In this document: positions 62,511-64,000 of the stretch, piece by piece
Layout: each line of letters opens with the position of its first letter
How positions within the stretch are numbered: position 1 is the first letter of the stretch
Source of the DNA: Anthoceros angustus
Taxonomy: Eukaryota; Plantae; Anthocerotophyta
DNA length: 64,000 nt
NCBI GenBank assembly: GCA_010909165.1
Contig: MU008171.1
Span: 744,001-808,000, forward strand
Direction: 5' to 3'
Position numbers and translations under genes: made by a program
Notes under the pieces: model-generated
Databases searched by the model: none
The model's input: the letters and a program-made list of their open reading frames with translations, nothing else
What the model was told of the DNA's origin: nothing

Positions 62511-63459
62511 GCTCTCACCCTCATCCGGCGTCAGAGCATCAACGGTTGGTTGTTATTGTTCGTCCACAGCGACATGGCGGCCTTTGCCACCTCTATCTTT
62601 CCTCTGGCCTTGAGGGGTTCCGGAACTACGCCCCCAATTTCCTCCGCTGGACGGTTGTAAACCGCCCTCAGGACCTCCACGGTCCACCTCCTAGGGTCCT
62701 CTCGCAGGCTCTTAGATCGGACCTCCTTGTTGGCCGCTGCCTTCTTGGGTCCCATCCTCCCGCTCCCTCTGTCCCGTTGCTGAGGCGTGAAGCTCCACAA
62801 TCTTTCGCTCCTCAGTCGCGATGTTAGTTGCTTCACTCGCCAATTCGAACTGCGCCGAAGGATGTTGGAGCGATCAAAAAGACAACGCCAGAGAGCCGGA
62901 TGTCTGAGCGCGAGAGAATGCGAAACTCACCGCGAAGTTGTTTGGAAGAATGGCCTCCGCCTCACTTCTCTCCGCCGGAAGTAACCGCCGCGCGGGAGGG
63001 CGGCTCTTTGCTGTGAATCGCTGAGCCGCATGGCTTACTCTCGCCTTACGCCTACTGCCTTACGCCGCATGACGCTGGAGCGTGAATACCGCTATAACGG
63101 CCATCGGGTAATGCTACGGTCCCGGCCCGCATGCCCGTCTTCCACTCGGTGCCATCCACGTGGTGCCGCTCTGTTTAACTCACGCCCCAACTTCTAAGTT
63201 ACCTTACTGGGCGTACTTATCCCATTCTGACCCGGAGTGGGGTCCGGACTTATCCCGATACTCCGGTGCGTGGTCCGGGGTCCTTTGGAGTGGCACCGGG
63301 GTCCGTTACCTACCCCGGAGTTCGGAGTGCACTCCGGAGCACAGTCCGGAGTGCCGTCCGTGCTTATTCCTCCCTTTCCGCCTTATTTTACACTCCATAC
63401 CTACGAAAAAAAACAAACCCAGCTTATTTCCCCACCCCAAGGGAAGTCCGTTGTCCACA

Positions 63460-64000
63460 CCAAGTCAAGCGGTATCTCATCGTAGCAGAAAAAGAAGTCG
63501 ATGCCAATCGAAAGGCCTGGATGCAAGGTCAAGCCAGAAGCCAAGAGCCTGCTCCCTTTCCTAAACAAGAGCGGAGGTGAGCTCGAGTAGGTTGAGCAAT
63601 GGAGGAATCCAAAAGAAGGGCCTGTTTCACGTGCCTATGCTGTTTCTCCTGGAGAAAGGCCTGAAGCCCACGGAAACCATCTTCAAGGAACGAGGAAAAA
63701 GAGCCATAACCTCCCGTCCCTAAGAGGATGAAAGGCCCCTACCCGACCTTAAGGACACTTGTAGGGCAAAAGCCCCTCCTCTACGCCCGAGACAAATCCG
63801 TCCAAAATGCAAGAATCCTTGATTAGGAAGCGAGAGGTCAAGGTAGGGAAGGAGGAGGCTCAGGTTCCAAGAAAGGCCATCGGCACAGAGGCGAAGAAAA
63901 AGGCACAGTTCGAATATGGTACCTTGGATGACGCATGAAGCAAGAAGAGAGGATACCAAATGCCACCTTTGGGTCCCCTACTAAAGAAAGGTCTCTAATG
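63460..64000 (-). mobile_element. CRE-like LINE, upstream part, runs off window end
   Basis: Minus strand GKGAGSWLLA*P..F..TMRYRL, homologous to GKGAGAWLL..MMQFRL at ~6010-6095. Confidence 0.8.

Larger units (their letters stand above)
56279..63459. mobile_element. Unclassified 7.18-kb insertion, TGTGG...CCACA termini, 5-bp TSD CCAAG
   Basis: CCAAG at 56274-56278 and 63460-63464. The flanks rejoin into one CRE-like coding region. GC-rich, with ~1.5-kb and ~634-bp internal tandem repeats. Confidence 0.8.

Overview
Gene-dense nuclear DNA of a land plant with short GT-AG introns. The compactness suggests a seed-free plant such as a hornwort or lycophyte (inference). Protein genes: a Dicer-like gene (DCL4-like, truncated by the window edge), mitochondrial uS15, a PICC-like tail-anchored coiled-coil protein, TSJT1/Wali7, CDC45, GTG/GPR89, a probably plastid-targeted AI-2E transporter, HIPL1, ATG18a, an intronless 3-beta-HSD/decarboxylase and a conserved PDZ-like unknown. 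RNA genes: two U1 snRNAs (one canonical, one structured variant) and tRNA-Leu(CAA) 38 nt after the HIPL1 stop. Intergenic islands hold pogo and copia remnants and several copies of a CRE-like (RLE-type) non-LTR retrotransposon, all on the minus strand. Most notable observations: (i) the CRE-like 3' ends share a covarying stem-loop and form head-to-tail stacks separated by copies of the target site; (ii) an unclassified 7.18-kb TG...CA element with a 5-bp TSD, no paired LTRs and internal tandem repeats sits inside one CRE copy; (iii) a variant U1; (iv) a candidate novel MIR locus at about 49.2-52 kb. All calls were made by eye, and exon boundaries and TE limits are approximate.
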